Below, piece by piece: positions 63,044-64,000 of a DNA stretch of 64,000 nt. The notes beneath the pieces were generated by a model, which was not told the origin of the DNA, did no database searches, and was given only the letters and a program-made list of their open reading frames with translations. Each line of letters opens with the position of its first letter. Within the stretch, counting starts at the first letter, position 1. A program made the position numbers and the translations under genes. Source of the DNA: Geosiphon pyriformis uo1 (Eukaryota; Fungi; Glomeromycota); assembly GCA_016748015.1 (NCBI GenBank), contig JAAOMT010000648.1, positions 62,001 through 126,000 on the forward strand, given 5' to 3'.

Positions 63044-64000
63044 TGTTACAGGTTGGAGTAACAAGCTAATAGATAGCAAAGGAGAACAGGATTGTAGGGT
63101 AATAGAAATAATCAAAGGGGAATTTAACTTCAAAGAGTGAATTGAATAAGTATGGATTCAATGTGCAAGATCAGTCTCATAAAATATCTCAATCGCTATA
63201 CTTTTCAAAGATAACCAAGAAATCTGAAGGTAGAGAGATAGTCTGTACTGTCAACAAATGATCATATTTAGTATAATTCTATGTCTTATGTCAGCACTCT
63301 TAGAATTCAATATCAAGTATCAGATGTGCTCTTCAGTTATGTTTTATTCAATAATCTTTAAATACTTCATTTAATCGTTTTAGGAAAAGACAGATAAACA
63401 CCAACAAGAGATCTTTTATCCAAAAGATGTTCAGATACTTGAAGGTAGGAAAAGAAAAATTAGTGATAAGAAAATGTTTGAGATAAAAGTTGCTTTATTA
63501 TATTTCTTTGATTGTTGAGAACATATTTTTCTACAATTAAGAGACTTATTGCTTATATAACTATGAAAAATAGTCAACGATTAGGTCAATGATCAGATCA
63601 ATGATTAGGTTAATGATCAGGTCAACGGTCAGATCATTAATCAGGTCAATAATTACTATCTAAAAATAAGTTGGCTAATTATATGACATCAGTGGCTAAT
63701 ACATATAATAACTAATAAAAACTATGAGTTTCAACCATAACATCATCCTCTTCAAAGAGATTGAGCTCCAGCAAAATCAAACTATTTATGGAATATTCTA
63801 ATTGAAGGGTTTTATCTAACTCAAAACTAACTAGTTTGTTAAAGTCTTTTGTGAATAAAGTGTATAGTACTTGAGGTGAAATAAGCTTTGTATTCAAGAG
63901 ACTAAACCTTTGTATAAGAGTTTTGGCTCTTCTGGCAATGGTCAAAACTCTTGGGACATTTAACCATATAATGCCCAAAATTTCCACTTGTATCTCAGAA
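63044..64000 (-). mobile_element. Gypsy-type element C: 3' LTR 63044-63742, PPT, end of ORF3; continues beyond the window
   Basis: Termini TGTTACAGGTTG...CAACCATAACA; on the minus strand GGAGCTCAAT and GAAGAGGATGA precede the LTR; ORF 63712-63987. Gypsy assignment rests on these shared ends, as pol is outside the window. Confidence 0.85.
63571..63652. repeat. 12-bp tandem repeat (GGTCAATGATCA-like) within the C LTR
   Basis: About 7 units; eroded counterpart at about 7625-7715. Confidence 0.8.

Overview
Eukaryotic, AT-rich, gene-free repeat nest; no host gene, rRNA, tRNA or CRISPR is supportable. The lineage is inferred, not shown: the element types resemble those of Glomeromycotina fungi. 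The window holds five full-length, decayed copies of one LINE group (ORF1 with CCHC; ORF2 APE-RT[FVDD]-RNase H-CCHC) and one LINE 3' stub. It also holds Ty3/Gypsy-type LTR elements from at least four families: A 33535-41400 (+, young), B 46622-57659 (-), C partial 63044-64000 (-), solo LTRs of families C and D, a further B-family LTR, and an old relic. All are nested in each other and eroded by C>T/G>A transitions. The main discovery candidate is a Gypsy lineage with TGTTAC termini and 4-bp target-site duplications centred on CpG (TCGC, ACGG, GCGG; four more eroded or half-visible sites are compatible). It has an unusual three-ORF layout: gag-PR-Cys-rich domain-dUTPase-RT-RNaseH, then a stop and a separately encoded integrase, then an unknown ORF3 ending in a conserved F(D/N/A)GAQ / GGAGCTCAAT motif next to the PPT. 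All alignments were made by eye, so boundaries in eroded regions are approximate.
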